From Candidatus Micrarchaeia archaeon (GTDB taxonomy: Archaea; Micrarchaeota; Micrarchaeia; Burarchaeales; JAVZCV01), in assembly GCA_038874215.1 (NCBI GenBank), contig JAVZCV010000022.1, positions 1 through 20,641 of the forward strand: DNA of 20,641 nucleotides. Reading direction: 5' to 3'. Positions 7,018 to 14,392 of this stretch are shown here, piece by piece; the stretch's first letter is position 1, and every line of letters begins with the position of its first letter. The notes below the pieces were generated by a model. The model made no database searches and was not told where the DNA came from. It worked only from the letters and a program-made list of their open reading frames with translations. The translations under genes and the position numbers were made by a program.

Positions 7018-9059
7018 TTTGTTTTGGTCTTTTCTTTCGTTGCCCTTATTGCACGTATTCTGGAAAGTATATGCATTGCAAGAGCCTCCGCGTTCTGCTC
7101 ATTCAAACCATCTATGTGAGCATATAAGTTTGAGCGGGATGTTACTGTTGAGATATACATATCCCACAAACCGAAAGCAACGTCAAGAAAGTCGCGGTCT
7201 ATGTAAACACTTTGTATTTTTGAATACGGGATTATGAGCTCTTGCGAGCCGAAAACACCTTTTTTTATTATGAGAACATCCCCATTATCCTCGTAGTAGT
7301 ATCGTCTGAAATATTCAAACTCGTAGAGAAGTGTGAGAACAAAGAGCATGGCGCCGAGTAGAACGCAACCGAAAAAAACAATTAGGAATTTTGGGGCAAG
7401 CACTGAGGTAAAAGATAAAAATCCACATATTACTGCTGGAATCATCATGCTTTGGAGTGTCTTTTTGATGGGTTTCAGTTTCGCAAGCGGAAAGTTATTT
7501 CTGAGCGTCCCCTCCATTTCAAGCGAAATGCCCATTCGTTCCGCAAGTAAAGTGCGTAGTTTCTTTGCGTGTGCGTAGTCTATATCGGGAATTGCTTCGG
7601 TGTTTACGGATGCAGAATAGACTTGTTCTCCATCACCCATTGCTAATTCCTTAGAACCTGTTTCCAAACGTATTGTGGCAAGCCCTGCGATGCTCTGCGG
7701 GAAAGAAACCGTAATCTCTACATCCTGGATTCGCTCGTATGCTATCTGCTTCTTCGCAGTGTTAAGTAGGCCGTACTTTATTATTATGGAGTTATTTGTA
7801 ATCTCATAATCGCACGAAAAAGTTAGGTACATGGCGTTGATGATAAGGGTGGCTGCGCCAAGTGCAATGGCCGCTAAGCCTATAAGGAGAACAATGTTGG
7901 CAAATGGTGGGAAAAAGAATTTTGCTACTGCATAGACTATTGGGAGAAGAAGAAGTGCAAGAATTCCGTAAATGGCAATGGTGTATATGGCGGATTTTAG
8001 GAAATGGTATGGGAATTTCACGGATGTGGCTCCGGATGCTATGTCGGTGGGTCTCTCGGTGCTGGCTACTGATGTTTCGCCATATGGAATGTCAGTTGAA
8101 GTCAATGCATGATCTTTGGCTAAGGAGAGTATTTTTAACCTCATGCTGACGGCGTTGCTCGGTTCAAGCCCGAATAAATGAGCGCCCGAAACTGAAAGGG
8201 TGCTCATCGTTTTTACTCGCAGGTGCTTTATATTCAGGAGTTTGTCTATAAGCGTTTGCACTTCTTCAACGTCCTGTATGCTTTTGTAGATTACAAGTGT
8301 TTCACGGGGTGTTAGAAATCCTCTTTTGATGAATACACCGTCTTCTCTCAGTTCGTATCTGAGCGAAAGAAACTCTTTCCAGATGAGCCAGATGAGAAGT
8401 GGCAGGAGCGGGGGGAATATGATTGCTATGATGAGAAAGGGCATATATGAAACTAACAAACCTAAAAACGCATTTTTTGAGGGCAGAAATAATTCGGGGG
8501 GTTTTTCTTTAGGCTGGATTGCTGTTTCATCAATTTTATGCGGATGCGCAGAATAACCAAAAATTTTCTGGAGGATGAGTGTGCGGATCGCATCCGCAGA
8601 CTCATTGCTTAAACCGTCAATATGGGACATTTTTCCTGAGATTTCTGTCGCAGTTGAAAAATGCAGGTCGTATAAGCCGAAAAGCCTATCAAGTATATCC
8701 TGGTCTTTGTATATATCCTGAATCTTTTTGAGTGGAATTGAAATTTCATTGACGAAAAAAACTCCTTTGCGTATGATGAGCCTATCTTCTATAAGATCAT
8801 AGAAATAGCGAGAGTAGTATTCCCGTTCGTATAGATAGAGAAGAAGAGAAGCAAGCAAAAAAAAGATTGCCAATAAAGGCGCCAAAATAAAGAAGGCAGC
8901 CAATGGAGGAAAATCAAAATAAATGAAAAAAATAAGAACGCCGCTCGCAAGCATTGTAACATATCGGAAAAAGTCGGATAAAGTCTTCTTGGTTATCTTT
9001 TTAGGCAGAAGGGGATATAAGTCCCTCAGCGTCTGCTTTGTAGTTTTATCATTCAACAA
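7014..9059 (-). CDS. YdbT-like membrane protein with four bacterial PH (bPH_2) domains
   Basis: Four repeats of TM hairpin + Y/F-x-(L/I)...IxKG...IPYxKIQxV...FGL...T. TTG start overlaps the upstream ydbS-like stop. Confidence 0.85.
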   Translation of the reverse strand: MLNDKTTKQTLRDLYPLLPKKITKKTLSDFFRYVTMLASGVLIFFIYFDFPPLAAFFILAPLLAIFFLLASLLLYLYEREYYSRYFYDLIEDRLIIRKGVFFVNEISIPLKKIQDIYKDQDILDRLFGLYDLHFSTATEISGKMSHIDGLSNESADAIRTLILQKIFGYSAHPHKIDETAIQPKEKPPELFLPSKNAFLGLLVSYMPFLIIAIIFPPLLPLLIWLIWKEFLSLRYELREDGVFIKRGFLTPRETLVIYKSIQDVEEVQTLIDKLLNIKHLRVKTMSTLSVSGAHLFGLEPSNAVSMRLKILSLAKDHALTSTDIPYGETSVASTERPTDIASGATSVKFPYHFLKSAIYTIAIYGILALLLLPIVYAVAKFFFPPFANIVLLIGLAAIALGAATLIINAMYLTFSCDYEITNNSIIIKYGLLNTAKKQIAYERIQDVEITVSFPQSIAGLATIRLETGSKELAMGDGEQVYSASVNTEAIPDIDYAHAKKLRTLLAERMGISLEMEGTLRNNFPLAKLKPIKKTLQSMMIPAVICGFLSFTSVLAPKFLIVFFGCVLLGAMLFVLTLLYEFEYFRRYYYEDNGDVLIIKKGVFGSQELIIPYSKIQSVYIDRDFLDVAFGLWDMYISTVTSRSNLYAHIDGLNEQNAEALAMHILSRIRAIRATKEKTKTN

Positions 9060-9549
9060 CGTTCTTCGCCTCTTTTACTTTTGAAAGAATAGACTTTTGA
9101 AGTGCTTCGGCATTATCCTTGCTTAAACCGAAGATGATTTCTGAACCACCAGTGGAAGCGGCAGTAGAAACCATGACGCTCCACAGGCCGAATAACTTTG
9201 ACCAAAAGTCTTGGTATACGTTCACATCTTGGATTTTCTCGTACGGCATTAGAGTTATTGTGGTCTTTACAACTCCCTTCTTTACAAAGAGGTAGTGTTC
9301 ATCAACGTTGAATACGAAGGCATCAGTAAAAAGGTAGGCATATAGGAGATTAGCGAGTAGGAGGGCGCTCAGGATGAGGATAGTTAGCAGTATGATCTGA
9401 AGGGTGGGTAGACGGGGTATTATGGGAAGTAGAAACAATGCATAAAACAGTATGAACAGAAGCAGGGAGGATAGATTTGAGAAGGCAATCTGAAAGAAAG
9501 CATGGTCTTCTATAGGTAAAAAAGGATGGCGATTTTCAAGGTTAAACAT
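9049..9549 (-). CDS. YdbS-like membrane protein with one bPH_2 domain
   Basis: Two TM helices followed by FVKKGVVKTTITLMPYEKIQDVNVYQDFWSKLFGLWSVMVSTA...IFGLSKDNAEAL. Confidence 0.85.
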   Translation of the reverse strand: MFNLENRHPFLPIEDHAFFQIAFSNLSSLLLFILFYALFLLPIIPRLPTLQIILLTILILSALLLANLLYAYLFTDAFVFNVDEHYLFVKKGVVKTTITLMPYEKIQDVNVYQDFWSKLFGLWSVMVSTAASTGGSEIIFGLSKDNAEALQKSILSKVKEAKNVVE

Positions 9550-9573
9550 GGATTGTTTTAGGGGAAGTTAAGA

Positions 9574-9581
9574 TATATAAA
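9574..9581 (-). promoter_or_regulatory. TATA box of the ydbS/ydbT-like operon
   Basis: TTTATATA on the minus strand, 25-32 nt upstream of ATG 9549. Confidence 0.65.
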
Positions 9582-9588
9582 TGGGCTT

Positions 9589-10230
9589 TTACGCTTCTCC
9601 TGAAATTTTCTTTGCCCTCTCAATAGCGCGTAGAAGATATTCCGATTTATCAAACTGCGGTGCGGTTTTTAGAAAGGCGGCGACTTCGGACTTTATTTGA
9701 AGGAGGTGCCTTTCTTTTGATGCGTTATCTAGAGCGGTTTGAGCCTGCAGCTTCTGGCCTCCTTCCATGAAGCCCTCTGGAAAGTACCAGTCCTTGAACC
9801 ACGTAAAACCGAGGTTGAATAGCTGGTATCCGAGCCGCGTTATCGGAGCTGGAAAGCCTACCATAAGGCAATACTGCGTCTCACGGTCTTCGTAGTATTC
9901 TACAAAAATGTAGCCTCCTGGTTCAAGATGGCGGGCAATGAGGGCGAGGAGAGCATTTTCAAAAGCGGAGCCGAAAAATGAACTTAGGCTAGGGGAAGGT
10001 TTATTGCTTATGTTGAAAATCTCAGCCCAAGGGCGGTTATATGGCTTTGAGCCGTAATAAAATTTAGCGGAAGCAACGAAGTTTTCTTCGTTTTCATTTT
10101 TTATATAGAGAGCTGCATTGGTTTCTTCGGATAACCTTCCTTTCCAAACTTTTTTGGCATAGAGCGTGGAATTTTCTATGTTGATACCGTTTTTCAGCTC
10201 TACGAGGGCATTTTCAAGCATCGTACACAC
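9589..10230 (-). CDS. DUF1122 family protein
   Basis: Characteristic motifs PWAEIF, IFVEYYEDRET and GFTWFKDWYFPEGFMEGGQKLQA. Start is either GTG 10230 or ATG 10221. Confidence 0.8.
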   Translation of the reverse strand: MCTMLENALVELKNGINIENSTLYAKKVWKGRLSEETNAALYIKNENEENFVASAKFYYGSKPYNRPWAEIFNISNKPSPSLSSFFGSAFENALLALIARHLEPGGYIFVEYYEDRETQYCLMVGFPAPITRLGYQLFNLGFTWFKDWYFPEGFMEGGQKLQAQTALDNASKERHLLQIKSEVAAFLKTAPQFDKSEYLLRAIERAKKISGEA

Positions 10231-10260
10231 GTTTTAGAATATATTTTTGTGAGGTGTTTA

Positions 10261-10677
10261 TTATTCAAGCAGTCTCTTCTCGCCACTTAAATTTTTAATT
10301 TCTGTTATGTCCTGCGTTACCTCAAGACATCCAAGGTATTTGCCAGAGGCGTTTCTGATGGCAAAGTATCGGATATGAACGAATCTGCCCTTTACGTTTA
10401 TCCAGAACTCCGCTACATCACGCTTCCCGTTTCTAAAATCTTCTATTATCTGGTTCACTGCATGCAGACTCTTCTGGGGATGGCATTGCTGAACTCTCCT
10501 GCCAATTGCTTCCTTTGGTCTGACAAAAATACGGCTCTTTGAAAGCTTATTGAAGTACTTAACCACATTGTTAGAATCTACAAAAGATATATCAATGGGT
10601 ACCGCTTCAAGAATCGCCTGAATCTCTTCATGAGAGAGCTTTCCTGCTTCAAATTTTATTTCAGCGTTATTCCCCAT
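10261..10677 (-). CDS. Stand-alone PAS domain protein (PAS_10 / DUF438-associated type with CHP motif)
   Basis: PIDISFVD...KYFN...RIFVR...IGRRVQQCHPQKS...EFWI...IRYFAIRNASGKYLGCLEVTQDIT; GGTGA SD motif in the 12-nt gap after cysK. Confidence 0.85.
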   Translation of the reverse strand: MGNNAEIKFEAGKLSHEEIQAILEAVPIDISFVDSNNVVKYFNKLSKSRIFVRPKEAIGRRVQQCHPQKSLHAVNQIIEDFRNGKRDVAEFWINVKGRFVHIRYFAIRNASGKYLGCLEVTQDITEIKNLSGEKRLLE

Positions 10678-10689
10678 ATTATCACCTAC

Positions 10690-11622
10690 TTATAGGTATG
10701 GCTCAGGATCCGAATCAAAAAGTTTTGTGCTGAGGTATCGCTCGCCCGTATCTGGCACGATTACGACGACACGCTTTCCTTTTCCAAGCCTTCGTGCAAC
10801 CTGCAATGCAGCCCATACATTCGCACCCGCAGATATTCCGCAGAATATTCCCTCCTCACGGGCTAGCCTCTTGCTTGTTTCAAATGCATCCTCATCCTTT
10901 ACAGGTATTATTTCGTCTATCAACTCTCTTCTGAGAATTTCTGGAATGAAACCCGCGCCTATTCCCTGTATCTTATGCGTGCCTGCGCTACCGCCGCTTA
11001 GAACGGGTGATGCCGCAGGCTCAACCGCAATGAATTTTGCATTTGGAAGCTTAGGCTTTAGCGCCTCTGCAACGCCCGTTATTGTGCCGCCCGTGCCCAC
11101 GCCAGCAACAAAGGCATCAAATCTGCCTATCTCACGCTCTATCTCGCGCGCAGTTGTTTCAGCATGCGCCCTAACGTTCGCCTTGTTTTTGAATTGGTTT
11201 GGAATGAAAGCATGGGCATCTTTCCTTGCTATCTCTTCGGCTTTCTCAACAGCGCCATTCATTCCCTTTTCTCCCGGAGTGAGCACTATCTCCGCTCCAA
11301 GAGCTTTCAGTATTTTTCTTCTCTCAATACTCATCGTCTCGGGCATTGTGAGTATGAGTCGGTAGCCTTTCACTGCGCAAACCATTGCGAGCCCAATGCC
11401 AGTATTGCCAGATGTAGGCTCCACTATTATGGTATCCTTTTTTATCATGCCAGCCCTTTCAGCTTCCTCTATCATGTAAAGACACGCCCTATCCTTAATG
11501 GAGGAGCATGGGTTGAAGAACTCAAGTTTAGCAATCACTTCGGCATCGTTTTTACCCACGATTTTATTCAGTCTCACATGGGGAGTATTTCCTATCGTTT
11601 CAAGAATGTTTTTGTAAATCAA
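10690..11622 (-). CDS. cysK: Cysteine synthase A (O-acetylserine sulfhydrylase)
   Basis: Motifs IGNTP, SIKDR (PLP lysine), [37 protein letters not shown] and [13 protein letters not shown] start after GGTGG, overlapping the upstream stop. Confidence 0.95.
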   Translation of the reverse strand: MIYKNILETIGNTPHVRLNKIVGKNDAEVIAKLEFFNPCSSIKDRACLYMIEEAERAGMIKKDTIIVEPTSGNTGIGLAMVCAVKGYRLILTMPETMSIERRKILKALGAEIVLTPGEKGMNGAVEKAEEIARKDAHAFIPNQFKNKANVRAHAETTAREIEREIGRFDAFVAGVGTGGTITGVAEALKPKLPNAKFIAVEPAASPVLSGGSAGTHKIQGIGAGFIPEILRRELIDEIIPVKDEDAFETSKRLAREEGIFCGISAGANVWAALQVARRLGKGKRVVVIVPDTGERYLSTKLFDSDPEPYL

Positions 11623-12047
11623 TCTACCACCTGCCGATAATTTACATCGGCTCCTTTAATTTGTTTTGAATTCGGCGCTTTATCATCCACAAGTGAAGAG
11701 AGCGCGTTTGAAAGTGCTTTTAGCGCAAGCTCTAAACTGTGCTCTTTTTCTGGTGGCACAAAAACGAGCTCATCAACTATTTTGCTTCTGTCTATTTTTT
11801 TCGCTTCGTCTATGTTTGCGCCTTTCAATAGCGTTGTTAGAACAGACATGGCAACTATCGTGCCAGAGCATGCGCTTGCGCCGAACTTCGCATTCGTTAT
11901 TTTATCGCGTTTTATTTTTAAGTAGAGAGCTACCTTGTCAGAACATTTCCCGCCAGCGTATTCGGCGGTTCCGATTGCGGTTGGGTTTTTTATTTTGCCA
12001 ACGTTGCGTGGTTTGCTCAAATGCATTAGAAACTCTTTGGTTAACAT
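11619..12047 (-). CDS. IscU/NifU-N family scaffold paralog, degenerate (third Cys replaced by Ser)
   Basis: Motifs [17 protein letters not shown] and [11 protein letters not shown] 12047 is preceded by GTGGTG; GTG 12059 is the alternative start. Confidence 0.8.
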   Translation of the reverse strand: MLTKEFLMHLSKPRNVGKIKNPTAIGTAEYAGGKCSDKVALYLKIKRDKITNAKFGASACSGTIVAMSVLTTLLKGANIDEAKKIDRSKIVDELVFVPPEKEHSLELALKALSNALSSLVDDKAPNSKQIKGADVNYRQVVD

Positions 12048-12065
12048 TGCGGGCACCACTAACCA

Positions 12066-12710
12066 CTATTTTCTTATTGCAACCCTAACTTTTTTTACGC
12101 CAGGAATTTTTCGCACGTGTTCTTCAACTTCCTCGCTTATGTTTTCTGCGAATTTTTCATCTGTGTTGCCGAGGGAGATGTATACCGCCACTGTCCCGTC
12201 TTTGCCTATTTTGACATTTCTGACCATCTTAAGCCGAACTATGCTTATGCCTATCTCGGGGTTTATCACTTTTGCAAGCTCGTTCATCACAGCATCGTGG
12301 GTGAGAGGGGTTTCTTCTTTGCTGATTAATCCCTGTTTCAGCTTGTAGTCCCTTATCGCAGCCTTCAGCGCGTTAACGGCAAGAACAGAACAATGGACTT
12401 TTACGGGTGGGAGACCGCCGAGCTCGCGGGCTGCGGTGAGGTAGTCCATCTTCTCAAGCTCCTCAATAGTTCTGCCTATAGCCTTCTCTGATATTACCGA
12501 AGCTGTGGCTATGTTGGATGCGCAACCATATGATTTGAACTTCATTTTTTTCACTTTGTGGGTTTTTGGGTCAACTTTCAGATAAACCGTAAGCATGTCT
12601 CCGCATAGCGGGCTGCCTTCTGTCGCAACGCCGTCTGGGTTCTTTATCTCGCCAACGTTTCGTGGATGCCTGAAATGCTCAAGGACTTTTTTCGTGTATT
12701 GCATAGCCAT
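12066..12710 (-). CDS. iscU: Fe-S scaffold IscU/MisU fused to a C-terminal DUF59 (SufT/MIP18-like) domain
   Basis: IscU part: YTKKVLEHFRHPRNVG, CGD, GCAS, LPPVKVHC (all three Cys present). C-terminal part: AVMNELAKVINPEIGISIVRLKMVRNV...IPGVKKVRV, which is DUF59-like. Confidence 0.88.
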   Translation of the reverse strand: MAMQYTKKVLEHFRHPRNVGEIKNPDGVATEGSPLCGDMLTVYLKVDPKTHKVKKMKFKSYGCASNIATASVISEKAIGRTIEELEKMDYLTAARELGGLPPVKVHCSVLAVNALKAAIRDYKLKQGLISKEETPLTHDAVMNELAKVINPEIGISIVRLKMVRNVKIGKDGTVAVYISLGNTDEKFAENISEEVEEHVRKIPGVKKVRVAIRK

Positions 12711-12718
12711 TGGACCAC

Positions 12719-13888
12719 CTATTGCGGAACAAATGCGCTTATTTTACGGAGTTTCTCAACAACTGCCCTTGTTTTTTCTATAACATATTCTACTTCTTCC
12801 TTTGTGTTAAACCGCGAGAGGGAGTAGCGTATAGAGCCGTGTGCATCCTCATGCCTGAGTCCTATTGCAGTTAGAATGTGGCTTGGCTGCAGCGCATGGG
12901 AGGAGCATGCGGAACCCGTTGACACACATATGCCGTGCATGCTTAGAGAGAGGACTATGGCTTCGCCCTCTATGTATTTGAATGTTATGTTTGCGTTGTT
13001 TGGAAGGCGCTTGTCCATGTTTTTTCCCTTCGGCCCATTCAGATGCGTATTTTCTATGCTCAGAAGCCCGTCTATTAGCATGTTGCGCAAACTGCGCATG
13101 TGTGCAGTATTTTGTTCGTAATCGCGCATTCCTATCTCAACAGCCTTTGCAAAGCCGACTATCGCTGGAACATTTTCGGTACCGGGCCGTATATCAAACT
13201 CTTGGGGACCGCCATCAAAAACCTTCTCCAGTTTTATGCCCGAGCGGATATAGAGAGCGCCAACACCTTTCGGGCCATGTATTTTGTGTGAGTTGAGGGT
13301 TACCATGTCTATGTTCTGAGCCTTTACATCAAGTTCTGTTTTTGTGAAGCCCTGCGCAGAGTCTGTATGAAAGGGAACGCCTTTTTCCCTGCATATTTTA
13401 CCTATTTCACGCAGGTTTTGTATCGTCCCTATCTCGTGGTTGGCGTGTATTATTGAAACGAGCGCCGTTTTTTCATTTATTGCATTTTCAAGACGAGTGG
13501 TATCTATGAAGCCCTCGCTGTCAACTGGCAGAATGGTAAGCTCAAAGCCCTGCTTTTCAAGCCTTTTCATAGGGTTGAGAGCGGCACTGTGCTCTATCGC
13601 AGATGTAATTAGGTGCGTTTTCCCGTTCTTTTTTCCAGCGAGCGCAATCCCATAAATCGCAATGTTGTTTGCCTCTGTTGCAGAGCCTGTGAATATGATT
13701 TCGCTCGCACTTGCATTAATCGCCTTCGCTATCGTAGTTCGTGCCTTTGTAATCGCGTTTTCTGCCTCCTCGCCGAGGTAATGGAGCGAGGAGGGGTTGC
13801 CATACTTCTTTGTGTAGTAGGGAAGCATTTCCCTTACTACATCAGGGAGGACGCATGTCGTTGCGCTGTTATCCATGTAAACTTTCAC
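12719..13888 (-). CDS. iscS: Cysteine desulfurase, group I (IscS/NifS/MisS)
   Basis: Motifs YMDNSATT, YGNPSSLH, SAIEH, NSHKIHGPKGVG (PLP lysine), RPGTEN and STGSACSS (catalytic Cys). GTG start after AGGTGG. Confidence 0.95.
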   Translation of the reverse strand: MKVYMDNSATTCVLPDVVREMLPYYTKKYGNPSSLHYLGEEAENAITKARTTIAKAINASASEIIFTGSATEANNIAIYGIALAGKKNGKTHLITSAIEHSAALNPMKRLEKQGFELTILPVDSEGFIDTTRLENAINEKTALVSIIHANHEIGTIQNLREIGKICREKGVPFHTDSAQGFTKTELDVKAQNIDMVTLNSHKIHGPKGVGALYIRSGIKLEKVFDGGPQEFDIRPGTENVPAIVGFAKAVEIGMRDYEQNTAHMRSLRNMLIDGLLSIENTHLNGPKGKNMDKRLPNNANITFKYIEGEAIVLSLSMHGICVSTGSACSSHALQPSHILTAIGLRHEDAHGSIRYSLSRFNTKEEVEYVIEKTRAVVEKLRKISAFVPQ

Positions 13889-13907
13889 AAAACCACCTTT
13901 TGCTATG

Positions 13908-14282
13908 CTATAAAGGTGTGGCGTTCTTGCACAAACTGCATGAAGTCATATCGGCAAGTTCCATATGAAAACTGCAAACAGCACCGGAGCTTCTTGCAAG
14001 CATGCATGCCCTGCATATTCCACTTACTACGTGGGTATCGCCTTTTGAAGCATTCCTTGCTATTTCATCGGCAAGTTCTGAGATTGCTTTCTTAGTTTTT
14101 TCATCAAGTTTGAGCCCTCTCCCACGCTTTCCTTTCAGATACTGCGAGACTGCGGCTGGGGTTATTCCAAGAATGCGTGCTATCTGGCTTTTTTTGATGC
14201 CTTTCGTGAAGAGCTCTCTCGTAATTTCTGAGGTTATTGCAGGTAGCAGATACCAGTAGACCATTTGGCATGGGACTTTCAT
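13908..14282 (-). CDS. Archaeal HTH transcriptional regulator (COG2522-like) with a Cys/His-rich C-terminus
   Basis: MKVPCQ...LLPAI...KKSQIARILGITPAAVSQYLKGKRG helix-turn-helix, then C-x2-C-x9-C-x2-H-x8-C-x2-C. Start moved to ATG 14282, which has a TATA box 24-31 nt upstream. Confidence 0.85.
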   Translation of the reverse strand: MKVPCQMVYWYLLPAITSEITRELFTKGIKKSQIARILGITPAAVSQYLKGKRGRGLKLDEKTKKAISELADEIARNASKGDTHVVSGICRACMLARSSGAVCSFHMELADMTSCSLCKNATPL

Positions 14283-14284
14283 AC

Positions 14285-14302
14285 TTTTAACGATTGTTAA
14301 AA
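14285..14302. promoter_or_regulatory. Palindromic operator candidate TTTTAAC-N4-GTTAAAA
   Basis: Perfect 7-bp inverted arms between the TATA box and the regulator's ATG. Confidence 0.55.
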
Positions 14303-14305
14303 AAG

Positions 14306-14313
14306 TATATAAA
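14306..14313 (-). promoter_or_regulatory. TATA box of the regulator-iscS operon
   Basis: TTTATATA on the minus strand, 24-31 nt upstream of ATG 14282. Confidence 0.7.
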
Positions 14314-14320
14314 TTTAGCG

Positions 14321-14350
14321 CTTTGCAAAAGAATACTTTGCAAAAGAATA
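14321..14350. repeat. Perfect 15-bp tandem direct repeat (CTTTGCAAAAGAATA x2)
   Basis: 14321-14335 is identical to 14336-14350; each unit contains the palindrome TTTGCAAA. Confidence 0.9.
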
Positions 14351-14392
14351 ACCTCTTCACTGATAATTATTAAAAGGAGCGGACTATTTTTT

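Noticed and set aside
10727-14259. Plus-strand ORFs such as 10727-11365 (212 aa) and 13613-14095
   Set aside because: Antisense to cysK, iscU, iscS and the regulator; no recognisable protein features.
10690-14282. CymR-like CysK-regulator complex
   Set aside because: Known CysK partners dock through a C-terminal Ile; the regulator ends in ...ATPL and is not Rrf2-family.
14321-14350. CRISPR array or mobile-element end
   Set aside because: Only two adjacent 15-bp units with no spacer; no cas, transposase or integrase genes in the window.
14283-14392. Extended starts for the regulator (14360) and the glycosyltransferase (14294)
   Set aside because: They would overlap each other and run through the TATA boxes, palindrome and tandem repeat; this is a divergent promoter region.
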